Below, one piece after another: positions 26,628-39,879 of a stretch of DNA of 64,000 nucleotides. Position 1 is the stretch's first letter. Every line of letters begins with the position of its first letter. The position numbers and the translations under genes were made by a program. Origin of the DNA: Takakia lepidozioides. Taxonomy: Eukaryota > Plantae > Bryophyta. The notes under the pieces were generated by a model that worked only from the letters and a program-made list of their open reading frames with translations, did not search any database and was not told the origin of the DNA. The DNA is taken from assembly GCA_030704615.1 (NCBI GenBank), contig CM060734.1, positions 57,536,001 through 57,600,000 of the forward strand, given 5' to 3'.

Positions 26628-27112
26628 TTAACTATTCCCATCATAGTTTTGAAGCGATCGTGTTTATCATGTGGAAGTCCCTTGGTGAGCACATCGGCTA
26701 CCATATTTTCACTACTGCAAAATATTAACTTGATTTAATCGTCATCCTCAACCTTATCACGAACAAAATGATGCCTCAGATCAATATGCTTTGTACACGC
26801 ATGATAAGTTGGATTTTTCACAAGTGAAATAAAACTCTGATTGTCTTCTTGAAGAGTTGTTGGACCTTCCTGTGGATAGTCAATCTCCTTCAATAACTTT
26901 CGAAGCCAAATTGCCTCTTTTGCGGCTTGTGTTGCAGTCATATACTCAGCCTCAATTGTTGATAATGCAATAGTTGGTTGTTTCTTACTGTTCCAACTAA
27001 TGGCACCATTGGCCAAAATGATTGTATATCCGGTTATAGACTAGAGTGTATCAGTACATCCTGCATAGTCAACATTGCTGAAACCAACCAAAGTTAGATC
27101 CTCACGATCAAT

Positions 27113-27240
27113 TTCTGAGACTGAGTTAGGTCAACCCCAAACTCGAGTTCCCTCTTTTGAGTTAGGCTATACAACCCCAACCTCGAGCTCCCTCTTTCTG
27201 AGACTGAGTTAGGTTATACAACCCCAAACTCGAGCTCCCT
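27113..27240 (+). repeat. Three imperfect ~45-bp tandem copies inside Copia RT
   Basis: GAGTTAGG..CAACCCCAA(A/C)CTCGAG(T/C)TCCCT occurs three times. Confidence 0.85.
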
Positions 27241-29299
27241 CTGAAGCGGAGCCTGTGATCAAGGGTTCCCTTCAGGTAACGGAATATCTGTTTCACCTCA
27301 ATCCAGTGCTTTAAACCAGGATTGGCCATGAACTGGCATACTGCTCCAGCAACAATGGCAATATCAGGCCGTGTACCAACCATTGCGTACATGAGGTACC
27401 CCACAACACTCTGATACAGAATAGATCGACTCATCTTTTCCCAACCCTCAAGAGTCTGTGGACTCATAACTTTGGAGAGTCTTCTGTTCTGTACCATAGT
27501 ATACAAACAGGTTTACAATTGTCATTCCAAATATCTTCAATATATACTCTCAATATATTTGCATTGACTAACTTGGTGGATTGTATGATTGCGTCTATCT
27601 TGGAAAATCTGTATCCCTAGACAATAATGAATTTCACCAAGATCCTTCATAGCATACTGCTTCGAGATGGTCCGGGTGCTTCAACCTCTCCATACTCATC
27701 TTGACCATTGAGATGTGATAACTTACCTTCAGATACCTCAACTAGAACATTAGACTTTCCTCCTCCCAAATTGATTGGTTCAGCCTCAAGCTTATCGGTA
27801 CGCACACCAGTACCTAAATCTGACTTGTTTTCAAGAGTTCCTTGAATTTCATTGAAGATAACATCTCGACTATTGAAAACATATGAATTCCGGGAACGAC
27901 ACGACTTCGCAGTGTTGAATGGTGTCAGGAACCTACAGTGCTAAATGGTGTCAGGTCACTTTGCTATATCCCACAAAAAAAGCATTTCCTTGCCTTTAGC
28001 ATCAAGTTTTGATCGTAACTCCCCAGGTATATGAGGATAAGCTTCACAACCAAATATACGAAAATGTCCAACGGAAGATTTTCTTCCACTTCATGCCTCT
28101 TCCGTAGTCATATCTTTATAGCCTTTGTAGGTACACAATTGATGATATGCTTCACCCCAAAACTTCTCCGTTAGATTTTTGTGTTGTAACATACAACGTG
28201 CACTCTCCAACAATGTAGGATTTTTCTTTTTCCGCAACACCATTCTAATTTGGCGTGTAAGTGTTTGTCCATTGCCTTTTGATCCCATGACCAAACCCAA
28301 AACTGGTTAAACTTTGTTGAGATATATTCTCCCCTATTATCACTTCTGAAGGCCTTTAATAATTTACCAGTCTATTTCTCTGCAAAAGCTTTGAATAACT
28401 TGAACTTATCAAAAATGTCAAATTTATGTTTCAAGATATAGATAAAAGTCTTTCTTCAGAAATCATCAATGAAAGTACCGAAGTATTTGCCTCCTCCAAT
28501 GGAAGGTGTTGCTATAGGTCCCACATATATCAAAATGAATCAACTCGAGTAAGGCAGTGATACGATTACCTCATGTAGTTGGAAAATGTTGACGATGGTG
28601 TTTTCCGTAAACACATCCTTCACAAAACATCAACTTGACATCTCGTTGTGATATCCAAATTGTTCATCAATTTAGAATTGGCCATCAGCTGCAAGTTTTG
28701 CACTCCAATATGACCAAGTCGTTGATACCATGGATCAGTTGTGCTCCAATTGGATTCTGCTACATAAACTTTAGAAGACAACTGTACATTTCCAAAAAGT
28801 ACTTACAGTCTTCCTTCGAGTTTATATTGTGCAAAAATTGCACCACTTCCTTTGTGCTCATGAAGCACTCATTGTTTTACCAATAAGCTAACTGCCAGAA
28901 GATTTTTTGTCATGTTTGGTACATGAAGAACGTCTTCAACTGTCTTGCAGGCTCCATCAGTTAACTGAAATATTATAGTACCTATTCCTCGAACATCTAA
29001 AGAGTTCTCATCTCCCAGTTAGACTTTTTGTCCCACAATAATTTTTTTGTATGAAGAAAACCACTCCTTATGTGATGTAATGTGCTGAGTAGCACCAGAG
29101 TCAATGCACCATAAAAGCGAATATCTTTAGTACGTAGGGCATCAAACGTTGCATACGCTTATACTACATCATCGTTTTTGTCCTCAGCTACTTGATTGAC
29201 TTTATCCTTGTTCTTCTTCTCCAAGTCTGCTTTTTTTTTGCGACAATCCCTTGCAAAATGTCCCATAATTTTCTATACGTCTGATAGTTTTCCGAACAT

Positions 29300-29490
29300 G
29301 TATGTTTCCTTACAAGAACACCACGTACATAGCCAAAATGGATGTTCCCTATAATAACACCACATTATACACAGCCAAATGGATGTTTCCTACAAGAACA
29401 CCACGTACACAGCCAAAATGGATGTTCCCTGCAAGAACACCACGTACAAAGCCAAATGGATGTTCCCTGCAAAAACACCTCACAAAGCCA
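29300..29490 (+). repeat. ~38-bp tandem repeat, five copies, in the Copia 5' leader
   Basis: Unit ATGTTYCCTRCAAGAACACCACGTACAYAGCCAAAATGG. Confidence 0.9.
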
Positions 29491-31899
29491 AACAAAAATC
29501 TCTGATACCATGTAGAAAAATAAACCTGGGACCTGAAAATTCATTCAATTTTGACCATTTCCCTAGCTTACACTTTGCAAGCATTGTCACACCGGGTAGT
29601 CGATCGTGAGAAGAGTCGACGGATTTGCAACAACATCATTTAGTATACAAAACACCTGATCACTCACGGTGGTACCATCACAGATCGCCGAGCATGAAGT
29701 TTTTAAATAGTAAATCGTAAAAAACGAATCCATCCCTCGTTGCAAGTGTCATTGAAGCCGTCAAACCATGAAACCCTAATAAACACAATTAGAAAACGTA
29801 GTAATATTAATCAGATGTCGGAGAACAACTTCCCAATGATACTTATAAATTCGGGAAAACACCTAGTCCTCTCAAAACACACAATCTCTCTCTCAAAACC
29901 CCGCTCTCATAACAATCAAAACGTTTCTCCTGAACTCCGCTCTCACCACAACCACCTCTCTCCCGACCCCCTATCACAACACGCAACCTCTCCTCGAGAA
30001 CCTCCACGCCTCCCCCTCAAAACAAAAGTACATGATGAAGGAAACGACTGCAGTAAGACACCTCTGAAGGTCAGAGCAAAGATAGCAACACAAAACCTGC
30101 AAAGGTCTCCAACGCCCCCCAACGCCCCCCAACGCAACAATCCCACGCACCGAATGACACAATGATCTGATAAACTAGTGTCGTGGGGTAGATATAGGAT
30201 AAGGTGGACTAAAAACTGCGTTACCAGCACAGTTTTCAGCGACTTTCGTGTATGATATCATGAATTGCTTTGAATAGAATCCATAATGTTGAGAAATATT
30301 TTCCATGCTGGATTTTTAACTTCAATATCTACCTATATCAAGTGTCCAATTGTCAATCCAATACAATGTCGAAGAGCTATGGACTTTTGAACACGACAAT
30401 TGTGGACTGTTACCGCTGCAAATGGAAATACATGGACTCAAAATAAGCCATTGTGCCTTTGGTGTATTGTTTTGAACTTTTGAGATAAGAGGGGTCAATT
30501 TAGAGAACACTCTAGATTTCAATTTAAAATGACAATATCAGCTGTCATTTACTACCTATGGACTAATATGAGTGTTATATATATGTGGATTTGTTCTAGT
30601 TTAGTACATCTTGTGTTTTGGGCTTTTGAAGTGTCATATTTTGCTACAAAACATACAAAAATATAATCTACAATGGCTGGGTTGTATATGGACAAATCGA
30701 TGTGAATTCCAGTTTTTGATATATCAAATTTTATTCAAATTAAAGACTAAAATTTATATTAAAAATTCTCTTTGATGTTTGGGGTAAGACCCTTTACTGA
30801 AAATGTTAAATATACCATTGTCTATCATCTTTTAAAATTATTTGGGGATATATTGTCAATTTTAAATTTGATCATGGACCTCCAACATGGAAGCAACATC
30901 TGCCATTTTTGGTCCACCTTAGTATGCAACTACCCTGTGTTTAGCGAGCAACGTAGGGCGTCAGAACCTAAAATTGCGCGGAGGGAGAAATGACACACAG
31001 ATTTGGCCGAGATCCCGTCTTGAGTGCGCCGCGCTGCCACGTGAACATTCTGTCAGCCCGTTAATCGTCGCGTCTTCGTCTGACTTTCATCGTGAGTCGA
31101 AACGGAGAAAGAAGGATGGACGGGTAGGTTGGTAGGAGTAAGTGGCTAGACTCATGTAGTGCAGATCAATTCCTTTATATCCCATGAATGGTTGTCTTTT
31201 TGATCTTTTCATAAAGCTTACAATTCTCGCAATCACTGTAGATCTTCTCTCTACTTATTATTAGGGTTAGATGCTTAGGGCGGTGACAACTTTGGTGTGA
31301 ATCCAATCCATGGCAAGTCTCTCTGCCATTCTAGACCTATTGATTCCATTGCTAGGGTTGCATTGGGGTGGGATGGCAGCAGGCAGACGCATCCACGTCG
31401 CAGTAGGGCCAAAACAAGCAACAACGCACGTTTGTTCGTTGGCGGTGAGCTTGCCGACGTGCGCCGTGGACGGCCCCGCTCAACACGCTGTATCGCCACA
31501 CAAGCCTCCAAATCAGCAATTTGCTGAACTAGTGGTCATTTTGATCATCATATATGGAACTGGTTCAATATCCAAATTGAACCATCATGTGAAGAATGCA
31601 GCAATGAGGAGAAATAGTGGAGTGAACCAAGTGAGCAATGGTGTGAAGAATTGAGCACTTGGACAAATAGTGGTGAGTACTTGTTGAATACAAAGAGGTT
31701 CTAGGACTTTGAAAAAAACAGGGGGTAAGTTCCATAGTGCAAAAAAGGTAGGATAAAGGTAAAAAGTTCAAAAGTGGACCACTAAGGTAGGCAATTGAAA
31801 AACAAAAAAAAAAAAACCCCTCCTACCTCCCCCCACAAGAACTCATTCAAATTCAAACAAAAATCTAGGCATATTCCGATCACTTATAAAATTCAGGCA

Positions 31900-32425
31900 A
31901 CTTCTTTCAAAATCTGGGAGACATTCCCGGCAGGGGAGCCCCAGGAATGTGTGGGGTGGGTAGGTCCAAGACCTGCGAACAGAGGGGTGGGCCGAACTTC
32001 AGGTGGGGTTGGGTAGGAGTGGACGCCATTGAAATGAAGGGGCGGGTAGGCAGAGGCACACCCTAAAACCCCTCATACCAAGGGGCTAATAGCCCAAAAA
32101 TGTAGCTTGCCATAGGTGCAATTCCTAAACTCCTGGGCAGGGGGAAAGAAGACAATGTGGACGCCTCTGATTGGCCCAAATTTGTTTTGGGGATACCCAT
32201 ACCCACCCACAAGAGGACAACCAGAGCGATTGCGAATTGAACGGCCAGATACTTCCTAGATTAATTCTTACAAACTTTTGGCCTGCCCCAAGGAAATTGG
32301 GATTTTTGACCCCCCAATTTGTGCATACAAAGCAGCCCACCTGGGAACATGTCAGAAAAAGCTGAAATTTTCAGGGCAGGTGTCTTACCTGCCAGGGTAC
32401 AAGATTCTGATGTCAAAAAAATTCC
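31900..32425. mobile_element. Truncated, diverged relative of MITE family B
   Basis: Shares collinear blocks with 25160-25560 (GATTGG(T)CCCAAA, GAATTGAACGGC, TTTGACCCCCCAATTTGT..TACAAAG.AGCCCAC, CAGAAAAA.CTGAAATTT). It ends abruptly at the duplication junction. Confidence 0.7.
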
Positions 32426-32436
32426 CTGTCCCTGTT

Positions 32437-33157
32437 CTGCTGTACTGGTCCCCTCGGAGTACTGGTTCATTCCCGTCATCAGCAGTAGCTAGAACCTCAG
32501 TTCTTACAAGGAGATCACCCCTTACTGTATAGTTGCAGGCTACTTCATCACCAACATTCTTTGGATACATGAGATGCAGGTAGACAGATAATCAAATTGG
32601 CTGTAAATAGCCTGAATTGATAGGAACGGACCAGTGTTGAAGCTGTATTTCTTAGCAGTGCTCTGTTAGTTTGCCTGTAACCAGTCCCAAGTACTGTATA
32701 TATTATCAGAGTTACATTTTTGGAAACCCCAGTTTTGGAAACCCCATTTCAGAGGGAAAGATGCATAGCAATGCTACTCTTTCACTTTAAAACTAGGGAT
32801 GTGAAGAGAACATATCTGAGTCTCGTGCAGTACCTATTTCAGCCTATTTCAGTCTATGAGCCTTACATGACATGAATCTTTATTTTGCCTGAGACTCAAG
32901 GTTTCATATTCCTCAATTCACCATAGGCTAAACTGCTCTGGTGTAAACTAGGAGTCTGTAGTCTATTGATGTGCAGTGTCTCTTCAGTCCATTCATGCTA
33001 ACAAACAGCCCTTCTCTTTATCTCAGTGCACCAGCCCCTCTGCAGCTTCCAGTTTCCTACCTGATTATGTGATATGATTTCTTGGAAAAAAAATTACATC
33101 CCTGGAGCATCTGGACTGCTGACCTTCTTACACAACTTGGAGAATGCTGTTCATCTG
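32437..33157 (+). repeat. Direct duplication, copy 2 (of 21916-22569)
   Basis: Direct sequence alignment by eye. Confidence 0.95.
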
Positions 33158-33252
33158 TTCAAAGAAGAAATCAAATTTCGATATGTAGAACCAGATGCAA
33201 CCATGCCAGAACTACTCAACCACCCAAATTCCAGTGGGCAGGGCTCAATATA

Positions 33253-34863
33253 TTACAAATTAGGATCATTTCTCATGATCACACACGAATGCAGAGGAAG
33301 GTCATCCTGGACTAGATCACCTGCAAATTCAGTCAGCTCTACAACATCAGCTGGAAATGTTTTCTGCTGACCTGTTCTCCACATGTGACTGAAAGAGAAC
33401 TTACTCTTCACCTCAACTCTTTTGGCATGCAAGTCTTCACTCCTACTATCCAGGAATTTGGCCCACCTTGCTGTTGGCTTGTCTTCCTCTGAAATATCAG
33501 CCTGACCTGAAGCATGTACTTCCTCCTTCGAATCTACCTCTTTTGAATCTGCTAGGTGTGACACATCCTTGGTTTGGTGACTAACAGGTCTTCCCTTGGC
33601 TTGAGGCTTCCTGTTATGATCACTGGGTGACAAAGGTGCATGGCTGTTGTTAAGTTGGAGGGACCTTAGAGGATGAATGCACTCACTGCGACCACTGTTT
33701 AAATCTCTGGTCCTACTGACACCATGGCTGCAAGAGGAGGCATCTACTGAATTAGAATCTCGGACATCCTCAACATCATATCTTTGACCATTTTCTGGAG
33801 CCTCTTTAAGTGTGGATGTTGTCCCTTGGTGTTTGCGCTTTCCCCTGCGAGGCTCAGGAAGTTCCGTGACACACTTGAGACCAGGGAAGCTTTGCTGTGA
33901 TGGCTCTAATCGAGTTGACACATCCTGCAGAGACCTATCAGCAGTTAGCAAAGCGCTTCAGCGCAGAACACACTGAGTTAGGCCGGTTTTACCAATGTTT
34001 ACCTCACATGGCATTCCTAGTGTCTTCAGTCACATTTTTAATCCAGATCCTTCATTCCAGGTTCTTCCATTGCCCAAGATTTATTGACTGAAAATGAAGT
34101 ACTAGAACAACAGTCATGCTGCAAACATTGCTGTTTCAATACAAGCACAACTGAGAGCAAGATTTCCATTCAGTGGCATGTAGTGCTTGTTGTGTGAGTT
34201 GGGCGTACCTGTACAGGCATGTAGGGCTTCCACTTATTTTCTCGATTATCTGTATCTTCAGACAGATCAGGTTTGTGCCAGTAGGCCTTTCCCTCCTCCC
34301 AGCTGTCAAGATCATCCAAACTGTCAAGTCCCTGGAATGTAGCAGCCACTGCATCCATTTCTTCCTCATGACCAGAGAGATTGAAGTCCTGGACAAACTT
34401 CCTGACATCCTTAGCAGCCCCAGATGTGGCATATACTTTTCGGACAGATTGTTTCTCATTGCAGATGCAACAGCTCCACTTATTCCCAGATTTTAAGACT
34501 TGCTTCACCTGCTAAAATCGACATGTTCAGTGACGAGAGTTTGGAGTGCCTGCGCAGTACCGTGTGCATGAGTGCAACGACCGACTCAAAGCGAAGTGGC
34601 TGATAAATCCTTGAAGTGTTGGAAGATGAAGGGTCGCATGATCCACCTGTCTCCTATGTGGACCGATATATTCTCTCATAGAGATCCAGAACTAAAAAGA
34701 AATTGGAACGGTTTACCAACAGAGTTTCACGATTACCAAGTGATGTAGAATTCTACTCAGATGCGTGCTGCGATTCAACAAAACAGAGCTAGAGTAAGAT
34801 GACAGCATAACAGACCTGCAGCATGCTACATTTATAGCATTGCACTGCCATGAACTGAGGCAT
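33253..34863 (-). CDS. MRNIP: MRN complex-interacting protein-like (C5orf45 family); 3 exons
   Basis: Exons 34863-34816 (MPQFMAVQCYKCSMLQ), 34508-34209 (VKQVLKSGNKWSCCICNEKQSVRKVYATSGAAKDVRKFVQDFN) and 33924-33253 (low-complexity tail with ARWAKFL). The N-terminal CxxC...WxCxxCxEKQS pattern is typical of the family. Confidence 0.85.
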
Positions 34864-36403
34864 GGCTACCACCACACCGAGCGTTCCCTGTCCCTGTTCT
34901 GCTGCGTTTCGTCCCTACCTCCGTCTCTCACCGATTCTCTCCGAATATGATTGCTCGCAAGCGAGACCTGTATCTCTCACTGTCTCCTTATGTCCAACAC
35001 AAGTCACTTCTTCCTCACACTCAGAGACCTCTCGTTTAAGCGCCAGCAGATCGCTGTCTCTTGTCCTTTCGTTAGCAGTCTGTCGTCAACGAAACTCTCT
35101 GCCAGACAATGCTCCACATTTTACTCTCCTCAGCCCCGCTCTTCTTGTCTCGCGACGGATACTCTCTATAGCCTTCTCCCTCTCTCATTTCTTATCCTTC
35201 GAGATAGCAGCAACATCCCTTCCTCTCTTGTTCTCTCTTTCTATGCCATCACTAACCCGTCCTCACTGTCGCAAACAGTAACCTTTCACTCACTCACTCA
35301 CTCACCATTGCATTTACAACACCAAGAGCTCCAGCAACTTAAGCGAGACGGATTGTTGTTGTGGCTGTGAAACAATGGCAGATCCTTGGCACCCTCAGAA
35401 ACCCTCAGAAAAATGAACGAACGAACACAGACAGGAAATCAGAGAGAAGCGCAGGGCGCCAAGTTCAAACAGAAACCCTTGCCGCCACAGCAGCTCCCCT
35501 TCAATAGGTATTGGGCTCAAATCTTCTTCCTCACTCTGTCAGTTGTTTATGGTGGACTCCTGTTGAGAGGCGAACACCAGAGACAATGCAGACTAGAAAC
35601 AATAGAGACGATGTAGACTAGAAACAATACAGGAAGTAAAGAGGAGATGATGGTGGTGTAGGTCCTCTGTCACAACAGCGAGGAAAGCAATGTAGAGAGT
35701 AGCTTGAGTGTGCACATGGCAGTGATCACAAGCTTCAAGTGGTAAGGATGGGAAGAACATCTTGCAGACTTGCATCTACCTTCAAGGTTTTGCTCAAGCT
35801 AAAAAATCCAAAGGCAAACCAAACTGTTGCTTGTGAAACATGAGATACATTGTGTCCTTCAATAACAAAGGGTTAAGTAACCCATATACACTTTGTTCCT
35901 TTGTTCTTCCTATATGTATGAGACTGGGTAAGCAGTTGTCCTTGTCATGAATAAGCCTAGAGGTTGCCTCCTTTCAGGCAACCTTTAGGAGTACTTCTCC
36001 CCCACTCGCCAGGACAAGGTCTGCCATGGATCACTTGTGACTTCTTGAGGTTGAGGTATTCCTGAACTTTTTCTTACTTGCAAGAAGTCTCACGAAAAGA
36101 CATTGACAGATATCCAGTGAGTAGTCGCCTGATGATGGCAGCATGGGAACCATTGTAGACGTGTGCAGAATTTCAGTGTACTTCTGCAAGCTTCTCATTG
36201 CTAGGGTAAAGAATGGATCACTTGTACATGCGCTGCTACATACTCTACACTGGAAAAAAAAGATTAGAAGCCCCTCCAAAGTTGCACCCTCCTTCACTCC
36301 AAATAATTGTCCTTCAGTTTTTAGTACTGTTCAAACCACTGGCAAACGTGAATGATACACTGCCCCTCCATTGCACCCTCCACACTCCTTCACTCCAAAC
36401 TTA

Positions 36404-39257
36404 TCATTGCCACTTCAGTTTACGGTACTGTTCAAACCGCTGGCGTGCATATTCCAAGAAGTCGAAGTCGATTTCAGAGATCGCTACCTGCATCGTTCAG
36501 CCCACACATCTTTTTCAATGAAAAACTCTTGAAAGCATAAATGCTACATGGGAGTACGCAAAGATGGGGTGCAACATGTGCGATAGATTTGACTTATCAC
36601 AATCTTTTCAGGAGGGACATGTGTAACAAAACATGTAAAACATCTGTGGAGGCAGGTACTCACAGACATAATGCCCCAAAGACCCCAGTGGAGATGGCTG
36701 GCCAAAACATAATCCTCCACCTCGTTCACCAGCACTTCAATCTCTGCTTGAGTTACCGATTGCCCTGCTCTCCCATCCCCATGTTATGTTCCTGTCAATG
36801 AACTAAAGACTGAGCATTCCATCACAAAGCACACATGTTTATAGATTTCCAGTCATCCCACAGACAACATCCATCAAACATTTGATCTGTCCCAATCTCC
36901 ACCCACATATTCCCCCTGACAGAGCAAAGCCTCCAGTTCAAACCCCGTAAATTCGAAATATGGTTCAGTTCAAGGTTGATACCATGTGTGCAATCTTTCA
37001 GTGACTGTTATGGCAATAACAAACACACCTACCATGAAATACCATCAGTGATTAAACAGACTTCACATTCTGCTGATGCAGACTCAAACTTATAACTTTA
37101 CCTGCGTGCCCAATTCCAAACCGAAAAAATAACAGGAAGGTCAAAAGTCCTCACCTGAAGCTTTCAGATAGGCACCCACAAACCTACAGCGCTCCTCAAA
37201 TTCTGCAAGGCACAAAGTAAAGGCTTAACCAAAATATATGCAATCCTACAAGAAGAACATTTCTTGCTCCTGGAATGTCACAAGGAGTCAACTTCAAGCA
37301 ATAAGTTTCACAGGGCCTCAAAGGTTTAAGCAGGGTAGTAGTCCTTGGAATTACAAACAAAAGTAAAGCCAACCTGGGTACTTGGAGTAGTCCAACACAT
37401 GAGGAGTGTCGGTGTGGTAATCAGCTGCCATCTCACAAAAATGGTTGGCTATATCAAATGCCACAGGGTTATAACTGGCATACTCATAATCCTGCCACAA
37501 ACCAACAGATCCAACCATAAGCAAGTGTGATGCTTCCCCTTACAAAACACATGCAAGCACTCCAAACCAACATTATCTCTGTGAGTAACGATCAATTATA
37601 AACAAGTTGCAAAATGATGCACTCAATGGCTACCCTATAAACAGAGCTCGGGGTGACACAGGAAAGGCAATGACAGAATTCCCTCTGCACAGGGAGTAAC
37701 AGATTTATGGAGGGAGACCTTAGCACTCACGAGATACCTCTAAATGACAAAGATATATAAGGTAGCATCTTGCCAATAAATAATTAATTTAATGAACTCT
37801 TTGATGGTCCAGAAAGGGCTTGTAAACTGTGACACAGAAGTGGCCAGACATTGAACCAGAAAACTGGGAGTTCACCGCTCAAGGAACAACTAGAAGCACT
37901 GGACCGAAGCTGCTGGTACAGACAGCTCATGAATCTGTGAACACACTGGGAAATGCAATAAAAGACAGGTGATGAAAGTACTCACAATTATTGTTATACA
38001 GTTGTCTTTCTCACAGACCATGATGTTGCCATACTGCAAATCATTATGGCAAAATCCCAGCTTGTCATTTGGTTTTGAAATCCGCCTTTCCAGATCTGCA
38101 ATTTCGAAGTCCAGATTTTGCAACCCAAACTCCTCCACTTGCTCTGGAGTTGCCAACTTCAGTGCTTTGTCCAACCAATCCCTGCGGCATCCGTAGTTTA
38201 GCTGTTAGGAGGAGGAAGGACTAGAGTGCAGCAGAGAAGAGACAGATGAAGGTGAGTCCCACAAACAGGTGAAAGGTACCCCTATGGCAGTGCGTTGTCT
38301 TGGACATTTCACATTTTAGTTATTTGACAAATTCTAACCAAGAAAAGGTCACTAGAACAAATTACTTGCATGACTACCAACCAATTAATGTTCCAATCTT
38401 GAAGGTAGAAAGAGCAGACCTGAGGCGTGCCCAAAGCTTAGGCACAACTGGGCCTGGTATGTCCAGCTGATGAAACTCTCGCAGCTTCTGTGCAATTTTT
38501 TCTGATGTTTCTGGGTCACGTAAATCAGCTGCCGAGAGAGTCTGCACGCCCACAGACACCAGACTAAATCCTCAGGTCACAAAGCATTGGTTGTGAATGT
38601 CTCAGAAAAATAGGACTCACAAGGTAGCAGAATGAAAAGGAGATTTCTTGGGGGCGGGTGCTTAGGAAAACACAGGATAATGAATGCATCGGAGCCCGGG
38701 TCATTAGAATCGAATACACAAGCTGACCTCAAAAACAGACGCAGACCACTATATCACATTCAGCACTGAGTTTACCAAGTTTCAATGAAGCCACTAATAC
38801 ACAATCTGTAAGTATGGCTCGGACTTGAGAAACAGACCCGAGCGCGCAAAAATTCTTCAACGCGGCCATTGGGGAAGCGAGCCAGCAGACGAGGCCCCTG
38901 TCCGCGCAGCGACATGCGCTCGAACGTGCGCATTTCGTCCTCTCTATCGAAGAAGAAGTTGGTAGCCTCCCCGTAGACGCGCACGAGTACTTTCTTGGGG
39001 CGGTGACCGTTTTCCCTTCTCCAATGGCATTCATATACTTGGTTGGTCATGGCCCCCTTCAGCGGTTTCAGAATGAGATCTCGCGCATCTATGATGCCTG
39101 TCCAGTTTCCTGCCAGCTTGTGCAGCACGCTGTAGGCCTCCGTAGGTATTTCCCATTCGTTTGTCTGGTTTTCTAACTGTACATGCAATGCCTCCAGGCC
39201 GCAGTGCTGGGAGATGCTGTGATGCTTGATTTCAACGTTTTCCACCGACATCAGCAT
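36404..39257 (-). CDS. Choline/ethanolamine kinase; 7 coding exons
   Basis: Exons 39257-38838 ([24 protein letters not shown]), 38541-38420, 38181-37986 (Brenner motif [11 protein letters not shown]), 37491-37374 ([20 protein letters not shown]), 37202-37155, 36764-36664 ([10 protein letters not shown]) and 36487-36404 ([13 protein letters not shown]). The start could be at 39257 or 39251. Confidence 0.95.
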
Positions 39258-39879
39258 GATGACTTTAAGGTATAAAACAAAACCTGATTGCGAATTCGGA
39301 AGAGACGTGACCACAGGTAGAGAGCGCCAAGAATTTGACAATTCAGTTGCAAGATGTAATGACGCGCATGAGTGAGATGTTGAGCAACGGACTTATGTGA
39401 GATACGTGAAAGGAGGAAGAAACACTAAAAACCCCAACAACCAAGCAGTAAACACCACCGATGACTCCAAAGAAAAGTTCAGCCTCTCTTCTCAGTATTC
39501 ATGCTCGAAAAAGCCTGAGAATGCAAGCCAGTAAGGCCGATATATATACAAGAAAGGGAAGTGGGAGACACAGCCTTCAAAACTCAAGAGATGAACTGAA
39601 AAGACGGATCCTGCCTCTCTTCAACATTGGCTGACCAACAAGAAGCTGCTGCAGACCAAGACCGAGCAATCGGGGACAGCAATCTAAGTCTAGGCCACGA
39701 GAGACAGCGACACACAAAGAGACGAGAGAAGAGAAGAGAGAGCGAGAGAGAAGGAGCACGCGTGCGGCCATAGCCAGATTCCAAGCTTCCTTCCTGAATC
39801 TTCCAACCCCCATCTCTCACATTACCTCCCTGCAGGTAATTAAAATTAACTGAAACCATCTGAGCCGTCAACCCACCAT

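Larger units (their letters stand above)
24282..29610 (-). mobile_element. Degenerate Ty1/Copia LTR retrotransposon
   Basis: PBS TGGTATCAGAG next to the LTR at ~29500-29511. Zinc knuckle GHFARDCRKK, protease WCIDSGATQH, integrase (TLLESARCML), RT (YQSVVGYLMYAMVGTRPDIA) and RNase H (ISWNSKKQPTIALSTIEAEY, ADVLTKGL). PPT TGAGAGGGAG at 24599-24590 and a TGTTG...CAACA LTR at 24282-24589. Confidence 0.92.

Noticed and set aside
29300-29490. Regularly spaced repeats that could be mistaken for a CRISPR array
   Set aside because: They are head-to-tail tandem units with no unique spacers, in the leader of a eukaryotic Copia element, and no cas genes are present.
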